54,636 nucleotides of DNA from Chiloscyllium plagiosum (lineage: Eukaryota). The position numbers and the translations under genes were made by a program. Location: NCBI RefSeq assembly GCF_004010195.1, contig NC_057749.1, positions 20,149,663 through 20,204,298 on the forward strand. The letters run 5' to 3'. The notes below the pieces were generated by a model. The model saw only the letters and a list, made by a program, of their open reading frames with translations. It searched no databases and was not told the DNA's origin. Positions 35,313-48,190 of this stretch are shown piece after piece (position 1 is the stretch's first letter; the number at the start of each line of letters is the position of its first letter).

Positions 35313-37303
35313 ATAGAGTCATAGAGATGTACAGCATGGAAACAGACCCTTGGTCAAACCCGTCCATGCCGACCAGATATTCCAACCCAATCTAGTCCCA
35401 CCTGCCAGCACCCGGCCTATATCCCTCCAAACCCTTCCTATTCATATACCCATTCAAATGCCTCTTAAATGTTGCAATTGTACCAGCCTCCTCCACTTCC
35501 TCTGGCAGCTCATTCCATTCACATTCCACTCTGTGAAAAAGTTGCCCCAGAGGTCTCTTTTATATCTTTGCCCTCTCACCCTAAACCTATGCCCTCTAAT
35601 TGTGGATTCCCCGATCTCAGGGAAAAGACTTTGCCTATTTATCCTATCCATGCCCCTCATAATTTTGTAAATCTCCAAAAGGTCACCCCTCAGCCTCCGA
35701 TGCTCCAGGGAAAACAGCCCCAGGCTGTTCAGCCTCTCCCTGTGGCTCAAATCCTCCAACCCTGGCAACATGCTTGTAAATCTTTTCTGAACCCTTTCAT
35801 GTTTCACAACACCTTTCCGATAGGTAGGAGACCAGAATTGCATGCAATATTCTAACAGTGGCCTAACCAATGTCTTGTACAGCCGCAACATGACCTCTTA
35901 ACTCATGTACTCAATACTCTGACCAATAAAGGAAAGCATACCAAACGCCTTCTTCACTATCCTATCTACCTGCGACTCCACTTTCAAGGAGCTATGAACC
36001 TGCACTCCAAGGTCTCTTTGTTCAGCAACACTCCCTAGGACCTTACCATTAAGTGTATAAGTCCTGCTAAGATTTGCTTTCCCAAAATGCAGCACCTTGC
36101 ATTTGTCTGAATTAAACTCCATTTGCCACTTCTCAGCCCATTGGCCCATCTGGTCAAGATCCTGTTGTAATCTGAGGTAACCTTCTTCGCTGTCCACTAT
36201 ACCTCCAATTTTGGTGTCACCTGCAAACTTAAAAACTGTACCTCTTATGCTCGCACCCAAATCATTTGTATAAATGACAAAATGTATTGGACCCAGCACC
36301 GATCTTTGTGGCACACCACTGGTCACAGGCCTCCAGTCTAAAAACCAACCCTCCATCACCACCCTCTGTCTTCTACCTTTGAGCCAGTTCTGTATCCAAA
36401 TGGCTAGTTCTCCCTGTATTCCATGAGATCTAACCTTGCTAATCAGTCTCTCATGGGGAACCTTGTCAAACGCCTTACTGAAGTCCATATAGATCACATC
36501 TACTGCTCTGCCCTTATCAATCCTCTTTGTTACTTCTTCAAAAACCTCAATCAAGTTTGTGACACACTATTTCCCACGCACAAAGCCATGTTGACTATCC
36601 CTAATCAGTCCTTACCTTTCCAAATACATGTACATCCTGTCCCTCAGGATTTCCTCCAACAACTTGCCCATCACCGAGGTCAGGCTTACTGGTCTATAGT
36701 TCTCTGGCTTGTCCTTACCACCCTTCTTAAACAGTGGAATCACGTTTGCCAACCCCCAGTCTTGCGGCACCTCACCTGTGACTATCGATGATACAAATAT
36801 ATCAGCAAGAGGCCCAGCAATCATTTCCCTAGCTTCCCACAGAGTTCTTGGATACACCTGATCAGGTCCAGGGGATTTATCCACCTTTACCCGTTTCAAG
36901 ACATTCAGTACTTCTTACTCTGTAAAATGGACCTTTTGCAAGATGTCACCATCTATGCAAAATACTCAGTATCTCCCCCTTTTTCTGCGGCTCCTCACAA
37001 AGATCACATTGCTGTTTTTTGATGGGCTCTATTCTCTCCCTTGTTAGCCTTTTGTCCTTCATTTATTTGTAAAAAGTGTTTGGATTCTCCTTAATTCGAT
37101 TTGCCAAAGCTATCTCATGTCCCCTTTTTGCCCTCCTGATTTCCCTCTTGAGTATACTCCTACTGCCTTTATACTCTTCGAAGGATTCACTTGATCTATC
37201 CTGTCTCTACCTTACATTTGCTTCCTTCTTTTTCTTAACCAAAACCTCGATTTCTTTAGTCATCCAGCATTCCCTATCCCTACCAGCCTTTCCTTTCACC
37301 CTA
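35313..37303 (-). mobile_element. CR1/HER1 LINE, 2 kb, 5'-truncated, RT domain with stops
   Basis: ORFs 36612..36899 (KSPGPD, NYRPVSLTS), 35898..36554 (DFSKAFDKV, SGVPQ, FAGDTK) and 35454..35891. Confidence 0.95.
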
Positions 37304-37340
37304 TGAATTGCAGGACATGATAATATGACAAGATCTGTTA

Positions 37341-38801
37341 ATAAAGTAGACGAGCAGGAGGCTGGAAGAACACAGCAAACCAGGCAGCATCAGGAAGTTG
37401 AGAAGTTGACGTTTTGGGCATCACTCTTCAGGACTGGGGGTGGATGTTGAAGGGAACTGCAGATAAAAGGGGGTGATGGGGCGGGAGGAGGGGTGAAGTG
37501 GGGATAGATGAAGACAAGTAGAGGCTATGACCTGGTTGGTCAGTGGGAGAAAGGAATCTGGTTGGTGGAAAGGAGGGGGAAGGGCTGGGAAGGGAGTCAG
37601 AGGATGGGAAGGGTGGTTATTTGAAATTGGAGAACTCAATGTTGAGTCCTCTGGGCTGTAGGCTGCCCAGGCGGAGTTGAGGTGTTGTTCCTCCAACTTG
37701 CACTGTGGTTCATTTTGGCAACAGAGGAGTCATGTCAGAACGGGAGTGGTTGGGGAAATTGAAATGGGCAGTGACTGGGAGGTCCAGTCGCCCCTACGTT
37801 CGGTCTCCCCGATGTAGAGAAGGCCACATCGGGAGCACTGGATGCAATAAACTAGGTTGGAGGAGAGACAGGTGAATCTGTCTCACCTGGAAAGACTGTT
37901 TGGAGCCCTGGATGGCAGTGAGGTAGGTGATGTACTGGCAAGTTTTCCATCTTTTTTGGTTGCTGGGGGAGGTGAAGTTCGCTGGGTTCAGGGAGGGCTG
38001 TGGAGAGAGATGGGGAAGATGTTCTTGGTGGTGGGGTCTAGTTGGAGTTGGTAGAAATGTTTATGGATGATGCGTTGGATGCAGAGCCTAGCGGGGTGAT
38101 AGGTGAGGACTGGGAGTCTCTGTCTTTATTGCTTTGGGAGGTGAGGGTTTAGAGCAATTGAATGGGGAACGGAGGTGGTGCAGCGGAGGGCTGTCTGAAT
38201 GGCAAGGGGAGGAAAAGCACGTTCTTCAAGGTGAGTGGACATCTGGGAAGCTTGTGAGTGGAATGTCTCATCGTCAGAGGATATGTGATGGTAGGGGAGG
38301 AATTGGGAGAATGGGGTCAAGTTCTTGCAGGATACTGGGTGGGAGGAGGTGGAGTCCAGGTAGTTAAGGGAGTCTGTAGGCTTGTAATAAATGTCTGCCT
38401 GGAGACTATTGCTGGAGATGGAAATGGTGAGATCAAGAAGGGGGAGGAGTCTCCGCATCTACTGCATCCCCCCCCCCCCCCCACCCCAATTCAAATAACC
38501 TCCTTTCCCAGCCCCTCTCCCTCCCTTCCACTGCTCCCTGGCACCAACCGGATTCATTCTTTCCACTGACCAACCAGGTCATACCCTCTACCTATCTTCA
38601 CCTATCCCCACTTCACTCCCTGCCCCTGCCACCCCCATTATCTGCAGCTCCCCCCACACCCACCCCCAGTCCAGAAGAAGGGTTACACCCAAAACATCAA
38701 ATTCTCCACTTCTTGATACTGCCTGATTTGCTGTGTTTTTTCAGCCTCCTGCCTGTCTGTTTTGGATTCCAGCAAACTGCAGGTGTTTTTTTGTCTCTAA
38801 C
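37341..38801 (-). mobile_element. Penelope-like element (RT C-terminus + GIY-YIG remnant) with inverted pLTRs
   Basis: ORF 38126..38458 has LDLTISIS, DIYYKPTDSLNYLD and SSHP..CK...PFSQF. Region 37345-37620 is inverted against 38480-38760. 12-bp TSD caagatctgtta at 37329-37340 and 38802-38813. Confidence 0.9.
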
Positions 38802-39769
38802 CAAGATCTGTTATAAAAGCATGAACAAAAATCATTTTCAAGTGAACACAGAATGTGAGAGAAACTCAGCAGCTTCTGTGGAGAGAGAAAGAGTTAATGG
38901 TTTGCTTCTAGTGTGACTCCTCTTCAGAAATAGTTTTCAGTTTTACATGTAAATTTTACCGTTACAGTTGCATTCAAATTAGAAAAGTGGTGTTCTGGTT
39001 AATTTGGTTCAATTTTTGATTTTTTTTCTGAACTTGCACATATTCTTGTTTGACACACAACTTGAATGATATGCAAAGAAAGAAAATCAAAAGATGCAAA
39101 AATAGTCAAAAAGCATAAATCATTTAGATTTGTTTTATTTTTGTCTTGATGCTTTGAATTTATGTATGTCTTTTATTATGTATGTAAATTATACATGCCA
39201 CCAGAGCAATTTGTCATTTATTGATTTCTGTATTGTTGAATTTCTGTCGAGTGTCTCAATTTTGATTTTACAGATTTTATAAAAGGCTCAAGTAAATGTT
39301 GCATTTTACTACAGATCCTGTGATAGACTGATTCTTGTTTTACCATTATTTTGGCACTGAAATAATTTTTAAAGGGAACTTAAGGTGTCCAAGATACTGT
39401 GTAGAGTTCTTTGCTGATTCTTATGACAGAAATCAGTCCTTGAGACACAAAATAACTGCTTTGATTTAAAACCAGTGTTCTTCTGATTGGGGGTAGTATA
39501 GGAATGTTTCGCAATTATATATTCAAAGTCTTGCTTTTCACCTGCTTTTCCTGTGAATTTACAACACAGAAACAGGCCATTTGGCCCAGGAGATCTATGT
39601 CAGTGTTAATGATTCACCAGCACTTCCTCACATTTAACTTTGTTGGGCCCTATCAGCACATCTCATTCCTTTCTTCTCATATATTGATCTTACAGCGCAG
39701 ATGTGTTTATTTTAAGCAGTCGATGTGATGGTGATGGTTCACTCCATGTTCTAACTGCTGTGAACAAAG

Positions 39770-40065
39770 AGGGAGACCATGGCCTCACTGGACTGTTAAT
39801 CCAGAGGCCCAGACAATGTTCTGGGGACTTGGTATTTAAATCCTGCCATGGCAGCTGGTGCAATTTGGATTCAATAAAAAAAAGTCTGGAATTATGAGTC
39901 TGATAATGAACACAACTTCATTGTCGATTGTTGGAAAAACCCATCTGGTTGACTAATGTCAATTAGGGAAGGAAACTGCTTTCCTTACCTGGTCTGGCCT
40001 ACACGTGACTTCAGACCCACAGTAATGTGGTTGACTCTGGATGGATAATGACTGTTGTTCTAACA
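39770..40065 (+). mobile_element. tRNA-headed SINE with L2-like tail
   Basis: cactggactgttaatccagag...ccttacctggtctggcctacacgtgact. Confidence 0.6.
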
Positions 40066-40165
40066 AACCCAAATAGAATTTATCAATATGATCAATATGG
40101 TTTTATTATAATGCTTCACTTGAATAAGGAATTGTTCAAAAAAAATTTTCATTTCTGTTTTTCAG

Positions 40166-40395
40166 AGTTCTTTTTTTTACATAACCAATGTGAATGAGAA
40201 GTACCCATGAGGACGGAGTCAGTTAATTGGTTTGCCTGGCGATAAGGGGATGGACGGCTATGAGATTTGAAGACGACAATGCTTTTCAATGACCACCTTT
40301 GACTATACTTACGGTCTCAGTGTTGCCCACCAGGTTGGCGCATTTAACACAAGAGCTCTGGACTGACTTTGTTCAGCAGTGAGCAGCTGTCTGCT
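40166..40395 (+). promoter_or_regulatory. Probable 5' UTR part of the CSNK1G first coding exon, containing 7 upstream ATGs
   Basis: Polypyrimidine tract plus acceptor ttttcatttctgtttttcAG ending at 40165. Unique, non-repeat sequence up to ATG 40396. Weaker alternative AGs lie closer to the ATG. Confidence 0.65.
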
Positions 40396-40591
40396 ATGGA
40401 ATCTGGTCGAACAAGCAGAGACCGAGAGAAGGAGAAAGGGGAAGATATTCGGCGACCTAATAAGCAGACGTCGCGGAGTCCCCATGGCACTCGTCCTGGC
40501 TCAAACCAGTCATCTGGGGTTCTTATGGTTGGACCAAACTTCAGGGTTGGCAAAAAGATTGGATGTGGAAACTTTGGGGAGCTTCGACTAG
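40396..40591 (+). CDS. CSNK1G1: Casein kinase 1 gamma, first coding exon (65 codons + 1 nt, phase-1 donor); most like CSNK1G1, but the paralog is not certain
   Basis: Translates to [65 protein letters not shown](G). [28 protein letters not shown] is the invariant CK1-gamma N-terminus and glycine-rich loop. Ends at CTAG|GTAAGC. The next exon (KNLYTNEYVAIKL) was not found in the window. Confidence 0.93.
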
Positions 40592-42371
40592 GTAAGCACA
40601 GCTCCTTCATTGCTCAGTCAGATATTTTCTTGGCTACTTTGATTTTAAAACCAACTTCCTGATAGTTATTGAAAAATATCCTGTTCCTAATTCAAACTTG
40701 CTGCCGGCATTGTCTACAGATCAGTGGCTAGCGGAGTGTGTAACACATCCCTCTTGATAAGAACTGCAACCAATAAGTGTCTTGTTTGTGTGGAACTTGA
40801 ATATTGCTGTAAAAAAAGGCATGCAGTTGAAGCGTTTTCTCCTGCACTCATCAGGACAGATATAAGAAAGAGCTGCTTGAGGGAAAGCTGATTGATTAGC
40901 AAATCAACTCTTACTGGAGTTTTTAGTTTAATTCTTAGCACACAGAATTGTTCAGCAGATGTAGAGGGTTGAAAATGTGTATTTCTGTCATTGATCTTGT
41001 CAGGGCTGTGCAAGACTGGGGCAGGTGACTGCTTTTCAAATCTTCCTCTGTAATCTTTCTTTCTTCATTCTTCCCTTGTTATGCAGCTCTCCTTTATCCT
41101 ACTGAAAGGGCAGAGGCTTAAGCTACCATGACCCAGTTCTCAGCAGCTCCTCCCACAACCTTTTCCATCTATTTCTGACAAAGCCGTGTACAAAATGTAT
41201 TTCTAAGCTTTTGATCACCTGCCTTATCTGTCTCTGACTTGGCAGCTTGTTAAGCACGTTTTATGAAGAGCTTTGCCTTTCACGTCTGAAGGGAGCGAAG
41301 TTGTTTTGGCATCAAGTTTGGCTCCGATTTTCAGTCAGAGGGTAGCCCTTCCTTTTTCTTCACTCAACTGTCCAATCCAGTGTTGAGAATCTTTTATTCC
41401 TCAACTCCAGAAGTGATTTCCAGGTTCTCCTAACTTTCCATTCCAAGTCTCTTACATTTAACCTGTTATCAGTGGCCCCTTGTTCTTAACTTCTCAAAGT
41501 ATACTTGACTGGTGACCAGATCCTTTCCCTCTATGTCCAATTGACACCACTCAACAGCTATTTGAAAGAAAGGGATCTCTCTATATGGGTATTTAGACAT
41601 TAATGTAGGCTGTCAATTCCATGTGACTCTGGTGTGTCACTGCCACATTGCCTTCTGTTGTATTTTTACCTTGCAACACTTCATGAAGCCAGCTCGCTAC
41701 AGAGTGACCACTGATAAATGATGAATGCCATCCTGGTGACTCTCAACCCAAGATTGAATTCAAAAAGTAAAGTAGATTTAATAACAAACTGGATAAAATA
41801 TGAAGGAAAAAGGAAAGTGCCGAGAGACATGGGAGGAAGAATGTGTAAAGCATAAATGCTGGCATAGGTTTGTCAGGTCAAATGGCCTTTTGCCCCAGTG
41901 TTCATTATATATAATTCAATGCATAGATTTGTTACCTCCACACACCTTTTGTTTAAAACATAGCAGGCAACCATTAGCTTTATTAACTAGTGTTTCTATC
42001 GGTACCTCAGAGTCGATATTGGAGGATGGTTTGGACCCTGTACAGTAATTAGGTGGCACTCCTAGTTTTCAAAGCCATAAACAATTGTGTATATGTTTGG
42101 ATATAGGCCGGAACTAGCAGCTGTTACATGTTCTTGCTGTCAAATGCCAGCTCTCATTTGGAGTACGTTTTGGTTGTTACTTCTATAATTAGAATGTACT
42201 GTTGAAAGTTACATTTATTTTCAAATTGGTGGTCTATACATAATGTACATACCTTGTTGTACAATGTATAAAAATGTCTTAGTCTGCTTTCCTGAGTAGT
42301 TGCATCAAGTGTCTCTGGGGTATTTGTTCAGTTTAAATGTATAGATCAATAATTTGCAAATGAATAGTGAC

Positions 42372-42745
42372 AGAGTTTAAAGGATGAGGAGGAATCTGAT
42401 TGAAACTGGCTAAATACTGAGAAGTCTTGATAGAGTGCATGTGGAGAAGATGTTTTCAGTAGTAGCAGAGACTAGGACCTGAGGGCACAGCCTCAGAGTG
42501 AAAGGGTGACCTTTTAGAACTGAAGTGAGGAGGAATTTCTTGAGCTAGAAGGTGATTAATTTGTGGAATCCATTGCTGCAGAAGGCTGTGGAGGCCAAGT
42601 CACTGTGTCTATTTAAGACAGAGGTAGGTTCTTGAGTGGAAAAGGGATTCAGAGTTACGTGGAGTCGGCAGGAGAATGGAATTGAGAAACTTATCAGCTA
42701 TGATCAAATGGAGGAGCAGCCTTAATGGGCCAAATGGTCAAACAA
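42372..42745 (+). mobile_element. CR1 3' fragment
   Basis: gagggcacagcctcagagtg...aatttgtggaatccattg. Confidence 0.8.
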
Positions 42746-43074
42746 AGTGCGATGTGAAGAATCAAAGCCTCACTATAGGTTTCATACCATGACTCGGGGT
42801 CGAACTTTGGCCTCTGAATTAGAAGATTGTGGATTCCAGTTTTGCCTCAGAGACTTAAGCACAGAAATCTAGGTTGACAGTATCTATGCAGTGCTGAGGG
42901 AGTAATCCTGTGATTTGTTTGGAGATTAGTTGCTATAGTCTTGCTGTTTCTCTGGCTTTTTTAAAGCTTCCATAGGTTCATGTCTCAATGTTATTCATCC
43001 ATCTGATTATCCTCTTTCATCTTTTGTTTCCACCCTCAGAATTCTCCTTCAAAAAATAGCAAGAGTCCAGAAAC

Positions 43075-45062
43075 AGTGCCTTCCTGTTCGGGTGGGTGAA
43101 AGACTAGGCTGGTGGTGTAGAGAAATTGACGTTTTGGTTAAGAAAAAGAAGGAAGCATATGTCAGGTATAGACAGCAGCGATCGAGTCAATGCTTAGAGT
43201 ATAAAGGCAGTAGGAGTGTAGTTAAGAGGGAAATTAGGAGAGCAAAAAAGGGACATGAGGTAGCTTTGGCCAATAGGGTTAAGGAGAATCCAAAGAGATT
43301 TTATAAATATAGTAAGGACAAAAGGGTAGCTAGGGAGAGAATAGGGCCCTCAAAGATTAGCAAGGCAGCCTATGTGTGGAGCCGCAGAAGATGGGGGAGA
43401 TACTGAACCAGTATTTTGCATCAGTGTTTACTGTGGAAAAGGACCTGGAAGATTTCGAATGTGGGGAAATGGATGGTGACATCATGAAAAATGTCCATAT
43501 TACAGAGGAGGAAGTGCTGGATGTCTTAAAAAGCATAAAAGTGGATAAATCCCCAGGACCTGATCAGGTATACCCTAGAACTCTGGGAAGCTAGGAAAGT
43601 GATTGCTGGGCCCCTTGCTGAGATGTTTGAGTCATCGATAGTCGCAGGTGAGGTGCCAGAAGACTTGGAGGTTGGCTAACGTGGTACCACTGTTTAAAAA
43701 GGGTGGTAAGGACCAGCCAGGGAACTATAGACTGGTGAGCCTGACATCGGTGATGGGCAAGTTGTTGGAGGGAATCCTGAGGGACAGGATATACATGCAT
43801 TTGGAAAGGTAAGGACTGGCTTTGTGCATGGGTATCATGTCTAACAAACTTGATTGAATTCTTTGAAGAGGTAACAAAGAGGATTGAGGGCAGAGTGGTG
43901 GATCTACATGGACTTCAATAAGGCATTTGACAAAGTTCCTCATGAGAGACTGGTTAACAAGGTTAGATCTCATGGCACACAGGGCAAACTAGCCACTTGG
44001 ATACAGAACTGGCTTGAAGGTGGAAGACTGAAGGTGATGGTGGAGGGTTGCTTTTCAGACTGGAGGCTTGTGACCAGTGGTGCGCCGCAAGGATTGATGC
44101 TGGATCCATTGCTTTTTGCCATTTATGTAAATGATCTGGATGTGAACATCAGAGGTATAGTTAATAAGTTTGCAGCTGACACCAAAATTGGAGGTGTAGT
44201 GGACAGTGAAGAAGGTTACCTCAATACAACAGGATCTTGATCAGATGGGCCAGTGGGCTGAGGAGTAGCAGATGGAGTTTAATTTAGAGAAATGAGAGGT
44301 GCTGCATTTTGGAAAATCAAATCAGAGCAGTACTGAGCACTTAATGGTGAGGTCCTGGAGAGTGTTGCTGAACAAAGAGACCTTAGAGTGCAGGTTCATA
44401 TTTCCTTGAAAGTGGAGCCGCAGTTAGATAGGATAGTGAAGAAGACCTTTGGTATGCTTTCCTATATTGGTCATAGCATTGAGTACAGAAGTTTGGAGAT
44501 TATGTTGCGGCTATACAAGACAATGGTTAGGCCACTTTTGGAATATTGCGTGTAATTCTGTTCTTCCTATTGGAAGGATGTTGTGAAACTTGAAAGGGTT
44601 CAGAAAAGATTTACAAGGATGTTGCCAGGATTGGAGGGTTTGAGCTAAAGGGAAAGGTTGAATAAGCTGGGGCTGTTTTCCTTGGAGTGTCGGAGGCTAA
44701 GGGGTGACCTTCTAGAGGTTACAAAATCATACGGGCCATGGTTAGGATAAATAGACAAAGTCTTCCTCCTGGAGTGGGGGGAGTCCAGAACTAGAGGGCA
44801 TAGGTTTCGGGTGAGAGGTGAAAGATATAAAAGAGACCTAAGGGGCAACCTTTTTACGCAGAGGTATGGAATGGACTGCCAGAGGAAGTGATGGAGGCTG
44901 GTACAATTGCAGCATTTAAAAGGCATCTGAATGTGTTTGTGACTAGGAAGGGTTTAGAGTGATATGGGCTAAGTGCTGGCAATTGGGACTAGATTAGGTT
45001 AGGATATCTGGGGGCGAGTTGGACTGAAGGGTTTGTTTCTGTGCTGTACATCTCTGACTCTA
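43075..45062 (+). mobile_element. CR1/HER1 LINE, 2 kb, 5'-truncated, frameshifted
   Basis: ORFs 43376..43594 (VDKSPGPD) and 43884..44240 (DFNKAFDKV, FAADTK). Confidence 0.95.
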
Positions 45063-45551
45063 ATTGCTGCCAGGACAAGGCTGTCAAGTCTTGGTTTTCA
45101 AAATCTGGACTTTGTGTCCTTCTGTCTCTAACTGTGCTTGGCAATTCTTTTGATTCTTGAACAACTGCTTTTGATCTCACCCACTCATTTTTCTAGTGCG
45201 GTACGTCTTTTTTAAAAAAAAAAGCACAGGAGGCTATTTTGTCATTATTGCTGTTTGTGGTATCTTGCTGTATACAAAATGACTTCCATGTTTGCCACAT
45301 CGTAACAGCAGTTACGCTTCAAAAGTTATTTATTGGCTGCAGGTTCTTTGTCTTGATCGAGAAAGGCACAATATGAATGCAAGTCCATTCTTTATAGATT
45401 GTGGAAATAAAGCCACTTGCATTTATGCAGTACTTTTGATGTAGAAAGATGTCTCAAGGTTTGCTCCTAGCAAACAATTGACACTTGAACGAAAAGAATA
45501 CATTTGGGAACCTACCAAGAGATTTTTCTCACCCAGCAGTAGAAATGTCAA

Positions 45552-45950
45552 TTATGCCTCAGTGGGTAGCACACCCACTTCTGAGTCAGAAGGTTGTGGG
45601 TTCAAGTCCCATTCCAGGATATGAACACAGAAGCTCAAGGCTCATGCTCCAGTGCAGTCATGGAGTGCTGCATTGTTAGAGGTACAGTAATTAGAGGAGC
45701 TGTTAATCTGGGGCTGGATCTGCCTCCTCAAGAATCCGCTACACTGTTTCGAAGAAATGCTGGAGAATTATGTGACATCCTAGCCAATATTCACCCTTCA
45801 GTCAGCATCTCAAACAAATGATCTGGTTATTATCACCAAGCTTTGCATGGGTTGGCTTCTGCGTAACAGGTGTGACTTTCAAATGGCCTCAGTGCTGTAA
45901 ACCACTTTAGGATTCTTGTGATAATAAACAGCACTTTATAAATGCAAGAC
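45552..45950 (+). mobile_element. Deu-domain SINE
   Basis: Head ctcagtgggtagcac...gggttcaagtccc; Deu-like core. Confidence 0.65.
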
Positions 45951-46267
45951 TTTTGATTTTCATCAGCGCTGACAACCATTTCCATCCTACTTTTCACCTG
46001 TCTTAACGTGCCATTGTCTTTCCCAATTTTATTCCTGATAACTTCTCTGGATAAGTTGAAACATACAAGCCCGTGCTATCATCAATAAGTTCAACGAGGC
46101 TGGAGCCTTTCATTCAAGTTGATTATGGGAGCTTCAATGAATTTGAAGAGTCGCCTGGAAAACCTTGCAAATCTCTGATAGGTGCTGTGTGAATTGGAGC
46201 TGGGGGACGTTAGTGTTGTAATGGTTCTGACAGTGATGATTTTCCTCATTGTTTAAGCCAAGAACAT

Positions 46268-46562
46268 TCCCTGGGTGGGGGAGACCAGAACTAGAGGGCA
46301 TAGGTTTAGGGTGAGAGGGGAAAGATATAAAAGAGACCTGAGGGGCAACGTTTTCATGCAGAGGGTGGTACGTGTATGGAATGAGCTGCCAGAGGAAGTG
46401 CAACGTTTAAAAGGCATTTGGATGGCTATATGAATAGGAAGGGTTTGGGGCGATATGGGCTGGGTGCTTGCACGTGGGACTAAATTAGGTTGGGACATCT
46501 GGTCGGCATGGACGGGTTGGACTGAAGGGTCTGTTTCCATGCTGTACATCTGTGACTCTGTG
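46268..46562 (+). mobile_element. CR1 3' end
   Basis: actagagggcataggtttagggtgaga...tgtacatctgtgactct. Confidence 0.88.
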
Positions 46563-47626
46563 ACATGAAGGTGACATCCCAGTTCACTTTATACCTTCTC
46601 GCTTAACTGTGCTACAGTTATCCTGTTAAATACTGTACGAGTACATGCCACATTTGGAAAGGAGTAATGTTAATTAACTTGATGTCTTACGGACTGTTAA
46701 CTTCCCTTTTTGTCCAAGTATTATACCCCAATGACTCTATCTGGCTCAGTGTCAAATCATACTGTGCCTGTGAGGCATCTTGAAGCACAGTGCAATGTTA
46801 AAGGCACTATACAAATTCTAGTTATTGCATTGTCTTTGAAGTGCCTTTCTGTCATATTGAAGGCACAGTTTTCAGATTTATTTGAAGTGCTGCTAACTAG
46901 TGTTTCATCTTGATGCTGAATATTCAATTAATTATTTACTTGTAAGAAAATCTGAGTTAGATTCTGTTTAATTAGCTACTGACACTGTAGCCTTTGTCCT
47001 GGAGCGGGTACTGAGGCTGTGAAGGGTTAGCTTGGAGAAAGCACTTCAGTAAATCCGGTGTGGAGGAAAAGCCTGTATGTCTGAGCCATTCCATTGTTTA
47101 GAGGAATTGTGAATATTTTTACGTCCACAGAATGTGGAAAAATATAACTAGTTTTTTGGAGCACTAGAAATGAGCAGTCACTTGCTAGTGCAGAACTTGA
47201 ATCTTGCTGAAAAGGGGTACACTTGGCTGAAGATTTTTATCTTACGCTTATCAAGACAAGCCACGAATGATAAATTTCAAAATGATTTGTTGTGATTTCA
47301 TTCTCACTCTCTTGTAATCTCTTGTTTGTGCTTCCTGTTATTCAGATTGCTGTTTCTGAGAGATTCAGGAACCTCTTTAAACCTTTCACCAATACTACTT
47401 TGGCTTCCTATAGACCTTTTTTTTTCTCAAAGCCCATCTACATTGCAGTGGTTCTTATAGGCATGAGTCAGACCACTGATGAAAGGCTGAGAGCAGTTTT
47501 GACCCCTTTATCTCAGGAAGGATCTACAGATATGGGAGATAGTACAGCAAAGATTCACTAGGCAGATACCAAGTATGGAGGGATTGTCTAATGAGGAAAT
47601 ATTCAGTAAGTTGTGCCTGTCCTCAT

Positions 47627-48190
47627 TAGAGTCATAGAAATGTACAGCATGGAAACAGACCCTTCGGTCCAACCTGTCCATGCCGACCAGATATCTCAAC
47701 CCAATCTAGTCCCACCTGCCAGCACCTGACCCATAACCCTCCAAACCCTTCCTATTCATATACCCATCCAAATGCTTCTTAAATGTTGCAATTGCACCAG
47801 CCTCCACCACTTCCTCTGGCAGCTCATTCCACACACACACCACCCTCTGCGTGAAAAGGTTGCCCTTTAGGTCTCTTTTATAGCTTTCCTCTTTTACCCT
47901 AAACCTATGCCCTCTAGTTCTGGACTCCCCGACCCCAGGAAAAAGACTTTGCCTATTTATCCTATCCATGCCCCTCGTAATTTTGTAAACCTCTATAAGG
48001 TCACCCCTCAGTCTCTGACGCTCCAGGGAAAGCAGCCCCAGTCTATTCAGCCTCTCCATATAGCTCAAATCCTCCAACCCTGGCAACATCCTTGTAAATC
48101 TTTTCTGAACCCTTTCAAGTTTCACAACATCTTTCCAATAGGAAGGAGACCAGAATTGCACGCAATATTCCAACAGTGGCCTAACCAATG
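47627..48190 (-). mobile_element. Young CR1 3' fragment nested in an older + strand CR1 (47500-48330)
   Basis: ORF 47706..48188 is an open 160-aa ORF2 C-terminus. Confidence 0.92.

Noticed and set aside
35898..36554. 218-aa RT ORF as a functional or domesticated gene
   Set aside because: Lies in a 5'-truncated CR1 with flanking stops and a mutated catalytic motif (FAGD).
40592..40662. ORF continuation [13 protein letters not shown]... and the upstream TTG start at 40369
   Set aside because: The continuation is intron read-through past the GTAAGC donor; CK1-gamma continues KNLYTNEY in the next exon. ATG 40396 is the plausible start.
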